Shown here piece after piece: positions 9,776 to 18,353 of a stretch of DNA of 64,000 nt. The DNA lies in NCBI GenBank assembly GCA_013334575.1, contig JAAXXG010000001.1, positions 208,315 to 272,314 on the forward strand. The letters run 5' to 3'. Made by a program: the position numbers and the translations under genes. Within the stretch, counting starts at the first letter, position 1. Every line of letters begins with the position of its first letter. The stretch is from Candidatus Moraniibacteriota bacterium. GTDB lineage: Bacteria; Patescibacteriota; Minisyncoccia; Moranbacterales; UBA1568. The notes under the pieces were generated by a model. It saw only the letters and a program-made list of their open reading frames with translations. It had not been told where the DNA came from and made no database searches.

Positions 9776-11365
9776 ATGCCCGTCTTCTACCGAACCTACC
9801 GTCCGACACGATTCTCCGACATCATCGGCCAGGAACATATCGTTCGGACCCTCGAGAACGCCCTACGCGCGGATCGGATCGGACACGCATACCTCTTTAC
9901 GGGCCCTCGCGGGACGGGAAAGACTACGCTCGCCCGGCTTCTTGCAAAGGCGGTAAACTGCACGGACCGGAAGGATGCCGAACCCTGCGGAAAATGTGAG
10001 AATTGCTCTCTCATGGCCGAGGGCCGCTCACTCGACCTCATCGAGTTCGATGCCGCGACACACACGCAGGTTGACCGCATGCGCGAGATCCTCGAGACGG
10101 TCCCGACCCCTCCCGCATCCGGCCGCTATAAGGTCTATATCATCGACGAGGCCCACATGCTCACCTCCGGCGCCTGGAACGCGTTTCTCAAGACGCTCGA
10201 GGAACCCCCGGCGCATGCCCTGTTCATCCTCGCGACCACGGCGTTCCACAAGGTCCCCGAGACCATCGTCTCGCGCTGCCAACGGTTCGACCTTGCACGC
10301 TTTCCGGTCGGCGACATCGTAGAAAAGCTGTCCCGGATAGCAAAACAAGAAAAACTCAAGATAGACGACGACGCACTCCGGCTGATCGCGCTCACTGCCG
10401 AAGGGGGCATGCGCGACGCGGAATCACTCCTCTCGCAGGTGGCATCGCTTCAGGAAAGCCCTATCACCGAGGAGAACGCGGCAGCCATCCTCGGTGCGAC
10501 CAGCCAATCGAAAATCTCCGCCTTTGCCGGACTGATCACCTCCGGAGACCTTCCGGGATCGATGACGTTCATACGGGAACTGTCCGAACGGGGGGAGAAT
10601 CTTCCGGCATTCGTCCCAGCGTTCCTGCGACACCTCCGGATACTCCTCCTGGCCTCCATCGACCCTGTCGCCGCGGAAACGGATCTCGAATCCTTCACCA
10701 CGGAACGACGCAAGGAAACACTCGCGACCGCGGCCTCGTTCACTCCCGACCGCCTCGTCGAGATCATCGGGCACTTCCGCGACGCGGAAGCGTCCGTACG
10801 CAGCGCGTCCATTCCGGAACTCCCGCTCGAGATAGCGATCGTCAGATCACTCCGAGGGCGCCCTGCCACCGCCCGGGAACTGCGGCGCGAAGAAGAGGAG
10901 GAAGAGGAGGAGATCAGACCTCTTTCGACGAAAACGGCGAGTGATTCGGCTCCCGTGTCCGCACCTGTCATTCCGGCATCCGAAGAAGAGAATCGCCCGA
11001 AGGAGAGCCTTCCGGAATCCGAAGCATCCGACCACGACGGGCCAGCGACGTTCTCGCTCGTCGACGTACAGGACCGATGGCGGGACATCCTCCGGGAGGC
11101 CACCCGCCTCAACGCCTCACTCACGCTCGCGCTGACGAACGCGCAGCCCGTTACGACCGACGGAAATCGGGTCACGATCGCCGTCCGGTTCCCCTTTCAC
11201 AAGGACCGGCTCGAGAACCACGCGAACGCATTGACCCTCGCCCAGGCCTTTGATACCATTCTCTCGGCCAAGACGAGGATCTCCGTCATCGTGGATGCCG
11301 CAAGCGGGACCGGACACCCGCTCGTCTCGCAGGCACTCTCCGCCCTCGGCGGCGAAGTGGTGTAG
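9776..11365 (+). CDS. dnaX: DNA polymerase III subunit gamma/tau
   Basis: YRP..F..IIGQ, GPRGTGKTT, Zn-binding Cys cluster, IIDEAHML, KTLEEPP, SRCQ. Confidence 0.96.
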   Translation: MPVFYRTYRPTRFSDIIGQEHIVRTLENALRADRIGHAYLFTGPRGTGKTTLARLLAKAVNCTDRKDAEPCGKCENCSLMAEGRSLDLIEFDAATHTQVDRMREILETVPTPPASGRYKVYIIDEAHMLTSGAWNAFLKTLEEPPAHALFILATTAFHKVPETIVSRCQRFDLARFPVGDIVEKLSRIAKQEKLKIDDDALRLIALTAEGGMRDAESLLSQVASLQESPITEENAAAILGATSQSKISAFAGLITSGDLPGSMTFIRELSERGENLPAFVPAFLRHLRILLLASIDPVAAETDLESFTTERRKETLATAASFTPDRLVEIIGHFRDAEASVRSASIPELPLEIAIVRSLRGRPATARELRREEEEEEEEIRPLSTKTASDSAPVSAPVIPASEEENRPKESLPESEASDHDGPATFSLVDVQDRWRDILREATRLNASLTLALTNAQPVTTDGNRVTIAVRFPFHKDRLENHANALTLAQAFDTILSAKTRISVIVDAASGTGHPLVSQALSALGGEVV

Positions 11366-11458
11366 CCGGGATAGAGAATAAAGAATGAAGCAAAGGATGA
11401 ATCGGACCGAATTCGAAAGTTTGATTCATTATTCATGATTCTTGATCCTCTATTCCGG
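11366..11458. repeat. Imperfect hairpin built from degenerate heptamer repeats
   Basis: Right arm ttgattc-attattc-atgattc-ttgatcc-tctattc; left arm ggataga-gaataaa-gaatgaa... Confidence 0.6.
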
Positions 11459-11465
11459 AAAAAAT

Positions 11466-11537
11466 TGGGGAGTAGCCAAGTGGTAAGGCAACAGGTTTTG
11501 GTCCTGTCATACGTAGGTTCGATCCCTACCTCCCCAG
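11466..11537 (+). tRNA. tRNA-Gln(TTG)
   Basis: Acceptor TGGGGAG/CTCCCCA, D arm GCCAAGTGGTAAGGC, anticodon stem ACAGG/CCTGT with loop TT-TTG-GT, T loop GGTTCGATCC; CCA not encoded (CAA). Confidence 0.97.
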
Positions 11538-11553
11538 CAACTATTTTCCCACT

Positions 11554-12120
11554 ATGAAATCGGCGATCATTCTGCATGGAATGCCTTCGAAAGATGAGTA
11601 CTTCGATCCGAAAAGTCCGGCACAATCAAACAAACACTGGTTGCCATGGATTCAACGACATCTCATCCTTCGCGGAATCCTCGCGCAAACACCGGAGATG
11701 CCCGACGCATATGCGCCGAATTACGAAAAATGGCGTACGCTGTTCGAACAGTTCGCGATAGACGAAGAAACGATGCTAATAGGTCATAGCTGCGGAGCCG
11801 GCTTTCTCGTCCGCTGGCTGAGTGAAAACAAAACGAAGGTCGGCAAGGTCGCGCTCGTGGCGCCCTGGCTCAATCTCGACCATGAGTACGACATTGACTT
11901 CTTTGATTTCGAAATCGACGAATCACTCGCGGAAAGAACGGATGGTGTCACGATATTCGTCTCATCGGACGATTACCAAACCATCATAGACAGCGTCGCG
12001 AAGATACGGAGTACCGTCAAATCCGCAGGTGTAAAGAAATTCACCGATCAGGGTCATTTCACTTTCAACGACATGAAGACGGTGGAATTTCCGGAATTAC
12101 TCGATACCCTGATTCGATAG
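11554..12120 (+). CDS. RBBP9/YdeN-family alpha/beta hydrolase
   Basis: IILHG, HWLPW, GHSCG nucleophile motif, LVAP, SSDD, GHF. Confidence 0.88.
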   Translation: MKSAIILHGMPSKDEYFDPKSPAQSNKHWLPWIQRHLILRGILAQTPEMPDAYAPNYEKWRTLFEQFAIDEETMLIGHSCGAGFLVRWLSENKTKVGKVALVAPWLNLDHEYDIDFFDFEIDESLAERTDGVTIFVSSDDYQTIIDSVAKIRSTVKSAGVKKFTDQGHFTFNDMKTVEFPELLDTLIR

Positions 12121-12156
12121 GAATTCCATCTTCGTCCCAGAGTCCAGACAACCATC

Positions 12157-12807
12157 ATGGAAAACGATTTGGTCAATTTACGGCAGATATACGAGAGGTT
12201 TTCGGTGCCGCCGAACCTCGCGGAGCATATGGAGACGGTGGCACAGGTCGTCCGCGTCATACGGGATCACTGGATCGGTGAGTCGGTCGACTGGGACTTC
12301 ATCATCCAGGCGGCACTGCTCCACGATATCGGAAACATAGTGAAGTTCGATTTCGAGGCTCACCCGGAATTCCTTGGAGACGAAGCAAAAAACGTCGAAT
12401 ACTGGAAGGAAGTACGGACGGACATCATTGCCCGGTACGGGAATGACGACCATCTGGCAAGCGGCAACATGCTCAGGGAAATCGGAGTCTCCGACGAGCT
12501 CCTTTCGACCATTCAGAACAAATCGTTCGCGAATGCCATCGACGTAGCCGCCGGGAACGATTGGAACGCGAAGATACTGCTGTACGCGGACATGCGGGTC
12601 ATGCCGCACGGAGTAACGTCTCTGGAGGAGCGTCTTGCCGATGTCCGACGCCGCATGCCGCAATACTACCGACGGCTGGATTTCGAGGAACTTCTCGATG
12701 CCGCTCGGGACATAGAGACCCAGATAACCGCACACCTCGACAAGGCCGTGACGGATATTACGTGGGTCGAAAATGAGGGTTCCGACGATAATTCGGTACG
12801 CATATGA
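12157..12807 (+). CDS. HD-domain protein
   Basis: H..V, AALLHDIG, DDH, LLYADMR. Confidence 0.82.
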   Translation: MENDLVNLRQIYERFSVPPNLAEHMETVAQVVRVIRDHWIGESVDWDFIIQAALLHDIGNIVKFDFEAHPEFLGDEAKNVEYWKEVRTDIIARYGNDDHLASGNMLREIGVSDELLSTIQNKSFANAIDVAAGNDWNAKILLYADMRVMPHGVTSLEERLADVRRRMPQYYRRLDFEELLDAARDIETQITAHLDKAVTDITWVENEGSDDNSVRI

Positions 12808-13133
12808 ACGACATGGAAGATAGGATCGAGGCGATGGAACGCGAGCTGGCCGCCATACGGGAGCGAAATGTCCGGGTGGAGGCGGACAAGGCCTGGGAAA
12901 CCAGTCCTGTACGCATCGTCTCAATCGTAGTCACGACCTACCTGATCGCCGCTGTTGTTCTCTCGGCCATCGGGAATGATTCCCCGTCCCGCAATGCGCT
13001 GATCCCAGCACTCGGATACCTGCTCTCGACCCTTTCCCTGGGTTTCGTACGGAACACCGTAAAGCAGATAACCTTAAAACACTTCCAACACCCCTCAAGG
13101 AAGATGAAAATCCGACAGAATCGTAATCAATAA
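12804..13133 (+). CDS. Hypothetical membrane protein
   Basis: IRERN.RVEADKAWETS followed by two hydrophobic segments; ATGA overlap with the HD gene; C-terminus runs into AT-rich DNA and may be truncated. Confidence 0.7.
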   Translation: MNDMEDRIEAMERELAAIRERNVRVEADKAWETSPVRIVSIVVTTYLIAAVVLSAIGNDSPSRNALIPALGYLLSTLSLGFVRNTVKQITLKHFQHPSRKMKIRQNRNQ

Positions 13134-13199
13134 CAAGATTGCTCGATTTAAAATATTTTGGCTTTTATTGGCTATTTTTCGTATAAATCCCTGCAGGTA

Positions 13200-13227
13200 T
13201 TGACAAATTCATCAAGTCATGTATAAT
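13200..13227 (+). promoter_or_regulatory. Consensus sigma70 promoter
   Basis: TTGACA (13200-13205), 16 bp spacer, TATAAT (13222-13227). Confidence 0.75.
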
Positions 13228-13230
13228 AGG

Positions 13231-13600
13231 GACCAGATAGGGGTTTCTGACAATATACAGCCTTGTGGCTCGTTGTCTCACCTATATCTTTGTTCTCTGG
13301 TGTTAGATTTTCGTTATCCTCGAAGATAACGTTGGCCCTTCCCGATAGTCTCTTGTGTTTTTCGGCTCAAGATGGATTCAGCCGAGTAACACTGGAAGGG
13401 ATTGAATGAATCCAAAAACGTGGGACGTCAAAGGTCGATGTTTCCACGAGAGAAAAGACCTGGGATTTCCTCAATTGGAAATCTGACGTGGCGTGAATCC
13501 TATATGGTTTCGCGTCACTTTTCTTTTTCTCAGGCCTTGCAACTTCTCCGAAACATCCGAAAAACATGAAAGCCTCGGCGTTACGCCCGAGGCTTTCTTC
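13231..13600 (+). ncRNA. Candidate structured non-coding RNA (~370 nt), family not recognised
   Basis: Between a consensus promoter and a strong hairpin, no long + strand ORF, 5-6 consecutive stem-loop domains visible by eye. Confidence 0.5.
13568..13600. terminator. Terminator hairpin, probably bidirectional
   Basis: GAAAGCCTCGG-cgttacgc-CCGAGGCTTTC between convergent units. Confidence 0.75.
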
Positions 13601-13602
13601 GT

Positions 13603-14649
13603 TCATTCGATTCCATTCCTGATAAGCCGTACCATGAGCTGGATCTTCGCATCACGGTCCTTTGCTGGAATATATTCGGCGCTATGCTTGAGCAGGTCCC
13701 ATCCGAGCGCTCCTATCAGCCGGAATGCCAGAACGGCATTCACTTCATCCGACGCATAGTCGCCGAGATATCCAAGAAGAGGCTGTCGCACCGTCTCGTA
13801 CGTCCGTTCCGAATCCCCCACCGAAAGTAACAGGAAATCGAAGGCTCGCAACAGGTCGTAGTAAGCCGGCGCTATACGCGGAACCGCCTCTAGATCAAGA
13901 AGATACGGCTTCCCACCGCCTTCCGGAAGAATGACATGATCGCCGATGACGTTCCCGTGTACATAGCCGAACCGTCCGGGTCCGTCCGAAAGATGTGCGA
14001 TCCGATCCGAAAGACCCCTCACTTCCTCGAACGACAGGAATCCCGCGTCGACGATCGGCCTGGACCAGAGGCTTAGTCGGGAAAGCATCCATTTATTCCC
14101 TTCCGCGGAGGCATCGGGCATCCCTTTCTCCTGTACCAGCGCATCGACGACACGACGGTACGACTCCGATATTTCCCAACATACGGAAAGGTACCGTTCC
14201 GGATCGGAATCGGCGAGCATATTGAGCGACTCGCCGGCTATCTCTTCGAGAAGGACCCATCCCTCACCCTCGTCCAGTACGACAGGAACGAGAAACGGAA
14301 GGACTCCTTCAATCCGCTTAGCAAGCGCGAACAAACAGACCTGCGATTCGGATATCCTTCCTGTCTTGAGAACGGCCCTCGCGCCGGAATCGTTCACGAT
14401 AACACGCGAGACGTTCTCCTTTCCTCGGAAAAACCCTGCCTCGACGAGCGTCAGTCCCTTCTCCCGAAGGACAAGATCGCGATCCGCCGACGGCATATCC
14501 TGCTCACTACCTGCATTGGTCGCTCTCATATGCAGCAAAAAGGAAACTGGTTGGTGCAAAAGCCGAACACGAAGAGCGGCCCGACACGCCAGAGAAATAA
14601 TATCATATCGCATGATGATTCGCGTTTTGTTTTTAAAATAACAGTCCAA
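13603..14649 (-). CDS. Aminoglycoside-phosphotransferase/kinase-like protein
   Basis: AVLK, WVLLEEIAG, VHGNV..DHVI, LLDLE, YYDL; true start probably downstream of the ORF-track start (about 14528 or 14496). Confidence 0.6.
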   Translation of the reverse strand: MDCYFKNKTRIIMRYDIISLACRAALRVRLLHQPVSFLLHMRATNAGSEQDMPSADRDLVLREKGLTLVEAGFFRGKENVSRVIVNDSGARAVLKTGRISESQVCLFALAKRIEGVLPFLVPVVLDEGEGWVLLEEIAGESLNMLADSDPERYLSVCWEISESYRRVVDALVQEKGMPDASAEGNKWMLSRLSLWSRPIVDAGFLSFEEVRGLSDRIAHLSDGPGRFGYVHGNVIGDHVILPEGGGKPYLLDLEAVPRIAPAYYDLLRAFDFLLLSVGDSERTYETVRQPLLGYLGDYASDEVNAVLAFRLIGALGWDLLKHSAEYIPAKDRDAKIQLMVRLIRNGIE

Positions 14650-14815
14650 AGCCGAAAAATACGTCCGCCACCAGGTTTAGTGAAGTGACAAACGTATATT
14701 CTCAAATGAGGCTTTTATTCCTCTCTGGTCGTTCCCCGTTTCCCGTGAAATTATGGCTTTAAAAAAACATCAATCCTCCTGTCTTAGCTTTACAGAATAA
14801 TAAATCACTTTGTTT

Positions 14816-14844
14816 ATTATATATCATTTTAAAAAAAGTGTCAA
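14816..14844 (-). promoter_or_regulatory. Consensus sigma70 promoter
   Basis: Minus strand TTGACA (14844-14839), 17 bp spacer, TATAAT (14821-14816). Confidence 0.75.
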
Positions 14845-14852
14845 TCTTCTTT

Positions 14853-15881
14853 GGTAATGTGTACACACATATGGCGGTTCTGCTAGGCTCCGAGGTCCAT
14901 CCCTCATCCTGGCTCATATGTCCGTCCATATGCCGAAAACGATACAGGAAGAGCGGTTGAGATGGGTCCTGCCCATCGTGGGAAAGGAGGTGAGACTCTG
15001 TGATATCGCGAAAGTCTGTCCTCACGGGAAACGGACCCTGGAACGATGGGTCGCGGCATATCGGAGGGGCGGCAAGGAAGCGCTGATTCCCCGATCGACC
15101 CGACCGAAGACCTCACCGTATGAGACGCCGATCCATATCAAGGAACAAGTGATATCGCTCCGAAAGAAGACCGGGCTCTGCGCGAGGAAGCTGTCGTGGA
15201 AATTGGGAAAGGAAGGGGTCGCGATACACGGGCGGGTGGTCGGGAAGATCCTGAAGCAGGAAGGCCTCGTCCGGACGTATCGGGTCAGGAAGGTGAAGAC
15301 GAAGTACGTGAAGATGCCGCTTCAGCCGGGAGAACTCATGGAAATCGACGTGAAGTATGTGCCCGAAAGAATAGGTGAGAAGGCGTATTTCCAGTATACG
15401 GCCATCGATTGCTCCTCGAGGTGGCGATATCTGCTCGCATACGAGGAGATGAATATCGGCAACTCGATACGGTTCCTGGAATCGGTCATATCCGTCTTCC
15501 CGCACCGCATACGGTCCGTGAAGACCGACAACGGGTCGATCTTCACCAACTCCTACCTCGGGACGAACAAACGGAGCGACATGACCGTGAAGACGATCCA
15601 CGCGTTCGATATCTTCTGCCGGGACAATGGGATCATCCACTACCTGATCGATCCCGGGAAACCCGCCCAGAACGGGAAGGTCGAACGGAGCCACCGGGAG
15701 GACCAGGAGAAGTTCTATGAGTGCAATGTCTTCGTCTCGTTCGAGGATTTGCAAACGAAGCTCAAAACGTGGAATATGTACTACAACGATCTGGAACACT
15801 GCGGATTGAACGGAAAGAGTCCGAACGAATTTCTGAAAGAGTTCGAGTTAATCAATCCGCCAAATGTGTGTACCTAGGACA
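14853..15881 (+). mobile_element. IS481-family insertion sequence
   Basis: Subterminal inverted repeats GTACACACATATGGCGG (14861-14877) and CCGCCAAATGTGTGTAC (15857-15873), 16/17 match; right end ...ACA; single transposase; no target duplication seen. Confidence 0.8.
14918..15877 (+). CDS. IS481-family DDE transposase
   Basis: N-terminal HTH; PGEL.EIDVK, YTAID..SRW, TDNGSIF, P.QNGKVERSHR, YN...H.GL.GKSP. Confidence 0.92.
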   Translation: MSVHMPKTIQEERLRWVLPIVGKEVRLCDIAKVCPHGKRTLERWVAAYRRGGKEALIPRSTRPKTSPYETPIHIKEQVISLRKKTGLCARKLSWKLGKEGVAIHGRVVGKILKQEGLVRTYRVRKVKTKYVKMPLQPGELMEIDVKYVPERIGEKAYFQYTAIDCSSRWRYLLAYEEMNIGNSIRFLESVISVFPHRIRSVKTDNGSIFTNSYLGTNKRSDMTVKTIHAFDIFCRDNGIIHYLIDPGKPAQNGKVERSHREDQEKFYECNVFVSFEDLQTKLKTWNMYYNDLEHCGLNGKSPNEFLKEFELINPPNVCT

Positions 15882-15908
15882 TCGTGATTCATATCGGAAC
15901 GGGATATA

Positions 15909-16589
15909 ATGAAAATACAGCATCGGAACGACATGGATCTTCTGGAACTTCTCCGCCTCGTCTTCGGCACCGACGCGAACGCCGACCTCAACCGGTCGAC
16001 GATCTGGACCTTCGTCCTCGTCGTCGTCGCCTATCTCCAGTTCCGACGGGCGAACCACATCTCGAGCGCCGACTTCATCCATCGGCTCAAGAACGATTTC
16101 TTCGGTAAGGAGACGCGCGAGCTCTTCTTTCTCTTCGAGAAGGATTACCTGAGGTTCGATGCGGAATCGGAAGTGTTCACGCTGGTACGGATTGACAGGC
16201 GGACCCGCGAAGAACTCGGAATCACCCGGAAATTCTACACGATCTACGAGGTGGACGACTTCATCCTCGGCGACGTGTACGACCTCGGACTATTCGAACA
16301 GAAACACATCGTCGACATAGACATGGTCTACGAGGAATTCGGATACTATGTCGAAACGATATATGCTAACAAGGCGATCAGGTTCTATATCGACAACCAG
16401 CGTCGCGAAACCAAGCATCGCGCCGTCTATGACAAGCTGGACTACATAGGCCTCAAGTGCCGACTCTACGGCGACTCTAAACGAAAAAAACGCTCGCTCC
16501 TCCGATGGCGGATACGGACCTGCTTCCAGGAGGCACGGCTCAGACGGATAGAACGCATACTCAGCGCTATCGGTATAAGCGAAAAATGA
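15909..16589 (+). CDS. Hypothetical protein with N-terminal TM helix
   Basis: 226-aa ORF, TIWTFVLVVVAYLQF then helical soluble domain. Confidence 0.7.
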   Translation: MKIQHRNDMDLLELLRLVFGTDANADLNRSTIWTFVLVVVAYLQFRRANHISSADFIHRLKNDFFGKETRELFFLFEKDYLRFDAESEVFTLVRIDRRTREELGITRKFYTIYEVDDFILGDVYDLGLFEQKHIVDIDMVYEEFGYYVETIYANKAIRFYIDNQRRETKHRAVYDKLDYIGLKCRLYGDSKRKKRSLLRWRIRTCFQEARLRRIERILSAIGISEK

Positions 16590-16600
16590 CCAGGTATCCT

Positions 16601-16798
16601 ATGGACCAAGAACTCAAAGACCGGCTCGACGCGCAGGACAAGAAACTCGATGCGATCTACGTGTCGGTCGAGAAGGCGCGGAAGTACTTCCTCTGGACGC
16701 TCATCGCGACCGTCGTCGCGTTCGTCCTCCCGCTTCTTGCGGCCATAATCCTGGTCCCCTTGATGCTCGGACCGCTCATGTCCGCCTATTCGATCTGA
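16601..16798 (+). CDS. Small hypothetical membrane protein
   Basis: MDQELKDRLDAQDKKLDAIYVSVEKARKYFLWTLI...; start reassigned to cctATG at 16601. Confidence 0.75.
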   Translation: MDQELKDRLDAQDKKLDAIYVSVEKARKYFLWTLIATVVAFVLPLLAAIILVPLMLGPLMSAYSI

Positions 16799-16807
16799 TA
16801 CCGGCGG

Positions 16808-17026
16808 TCAGGAAATCTCGATGATCTTTTTCCTTGATGATGTTCCCGAAACGATGCGAATGCATGACGGAGCGACGCCGAAACGGTCCGCGATGACCTT
16901 TAAAAGCCGCACATTCGCCTTCCCTTCACGGCTCGGCGCCTTGACCGATACGGAGAGAGCTCCGTCCTCCCGCTCGACTATCTCGTCTTTTCTCGCGTTC
17001 GGTTTGACCGTGACGGATATCCTCAT
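16808..17026 (-). CDS. DUF167/YggU family protein
   Basis: V.VKPNA, V.VKAP..EGKAN, I.IVSG.SSR.K. Confidence 0.9.
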   Translation of the reverse strand: MRISVTVKPNARKDEIVEREDGALSVSVKAPSREGKANVRLLKVIADRFGVAPSCIRIVSGTSSRKKIIEIS

Positions 17027-17029
17027 ACC

Positions 17030-18274
17030 TCATTTCTTCGGGGAAAATATGGCGTCCCATGCCGCCTCGTCGTCGCAGGAAAACCGGTCGTCCGGCGTAT
17101 AGAACCGGGCCGACGGACCGACGCATCCGCCATTGGCCACGTTCAGCCGGGCCAGGTACGGAATCAGGAATCCGACTCCCTTCGAATTGAAGTACGCGTG
17201 CAGGCGCGCCGTCGTCTCGTGACGAGCCTTCTCGTCCATCCTGGTAAAAACGCTCATGTCGTCGCCGATTTTTCCGCTCCAGTCGTAATGGACGAAGACG
17301 TTTTTAGCCTTGGTCCGGTACCGGTCGTTCCACAAGAGCGCCCAGCACCAATCCCCGGGCTTTTTCCACCACCGGGAGAAGCATGCTCCATCCTCGACCG
17401 TCCCGTCGGCCTTGAGTCCGACGCCGCCTTCGATGAAATCGAAGTTCGAGAGGTACGCCTCGTCGGTAATCTCGTTCGTCTGCGCGCCCACGTAGATCTT
17501 CATGCCGTGATATGCGGCGTACTCGCGCATCTCGGCAATGACGCCCGAAATCGGCGACTTCGAATGATCCGGCGTATCCTGCAGATACACCTGCCCAAAC
17601 ATGAAGACTTGCACGCCGCGATCGATCGCGCGCCGCGTAATATAGCGCAGATACGTCTGATATTCCTTACTCGGAAGATAGGGCTTACAGGTATGCTCCC
17701 CCCAGAAGTTCTTGGAACCGGGCCGGCACATGCGGTCGAAATCGAAATCACGGTTCTCGAAGGGGTAGAAGTAGTTCGCCTTGGTATCGATCGCCTCGGC
17801 AAGAAACATTCCGACCGTAAATCCGCTTCGAAGATCCTTCAGGTTCTCGTCGATATCCTTGAAATCCGGAGGAGCAAGCCAGGTTTCGATCGCCCGGTGA
17901 AGATAGTAACACTTCGAATCGTTGATAAGCTTCATCGTCTTACCATCACCGGGAAAGTCTCCGTTCAGAAGCCCGTCCGCGACGCATCCTCTGGTTTTCA
18001 TAAGGTCCATCGAAGGGTCCGCCGGAGGCGGTCCCAGCTCCTCGCCGAGAAGCCCTGTCACCTTGATCGGTTCCCCATCCGCATCTGTCGGCAGCGGAAC
18101 GGTATTCCCGGAAGATCCATCCGAATCGGATCCTCCGACAGTCATGTCCGCCTCGTCGGCAGCGCCGTTTCGATCAGAAAAGAACCGAAAAAAGGCATAC
18201 GACGAAACAACGACGACGAGAACCGCCGCGGATACGGCCAAAACGACTTTTTTGGGGACCGGGTGACGATACAT
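17030..18274 (-). CDS. Hypothetical membrane-anchored extracellular protein, Cys- and aromatic-rich
   Basis: Likely start MYRHPVP (18274), TM helix, acidic linker, ~330-aa domain with paired Cys. Confidence 0.7.
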   Translation of the reverse strand: MYRHPVPKKVVLAVSAAVLVVVVSSYAFFRFFSDRNGAADEADMTVGGSDSDGSSGNTVPLPTDADGEPIKVTGLLGEELGPPPADPSMDLMKTRGCVADGLLNGDFPGDGKTMKLINDSKCYYLHRAIETWLAPPDFKDIDENLKDLRSGFTVGMFLAEAIDTKANYFYPFENRDFDFDRMCRPGSKNFWGEHTCKPYLPSKEYQTYLRYITRRAIDRGVQVFMFGQVYLQDTPDHSKSPISGVIAEMREYAAYHGMKIYVGAQTNEITDEAYLSNFDFIEGGVGLKADGTVEDGACFSRWWKKPGDWCWALLWNDRYRTKAKNVFVHYDWSGKIGDDMSVFTRMDEKARHETTARLHAYFNSKGVGFLIPYLARLNVANGGCVGPSARFYTPDDRFSCDDEAAWDAIFSPKK

Positions 18275-18353
18275 AGCGCTACCAGTATAACAGAAAACGG
18301 CCTCCTCGGTTTTCACCGGGAAGCCGTCGGCGGACCTGATGCCGAATATCCCC

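Noticed and set aside
10885-10915. Poly-Glu stretch or programmed frameshift in dnaX
   Set aside because: Lies in the low-complexity linker; no A-AAA-AAG-type slippery site seen.
13231-13600. tmRNA or RNase P identity for the candidate RNA
   Set aside because: Size fits, but the tRNA-like ends and RNase P conserved motifs are not visible.
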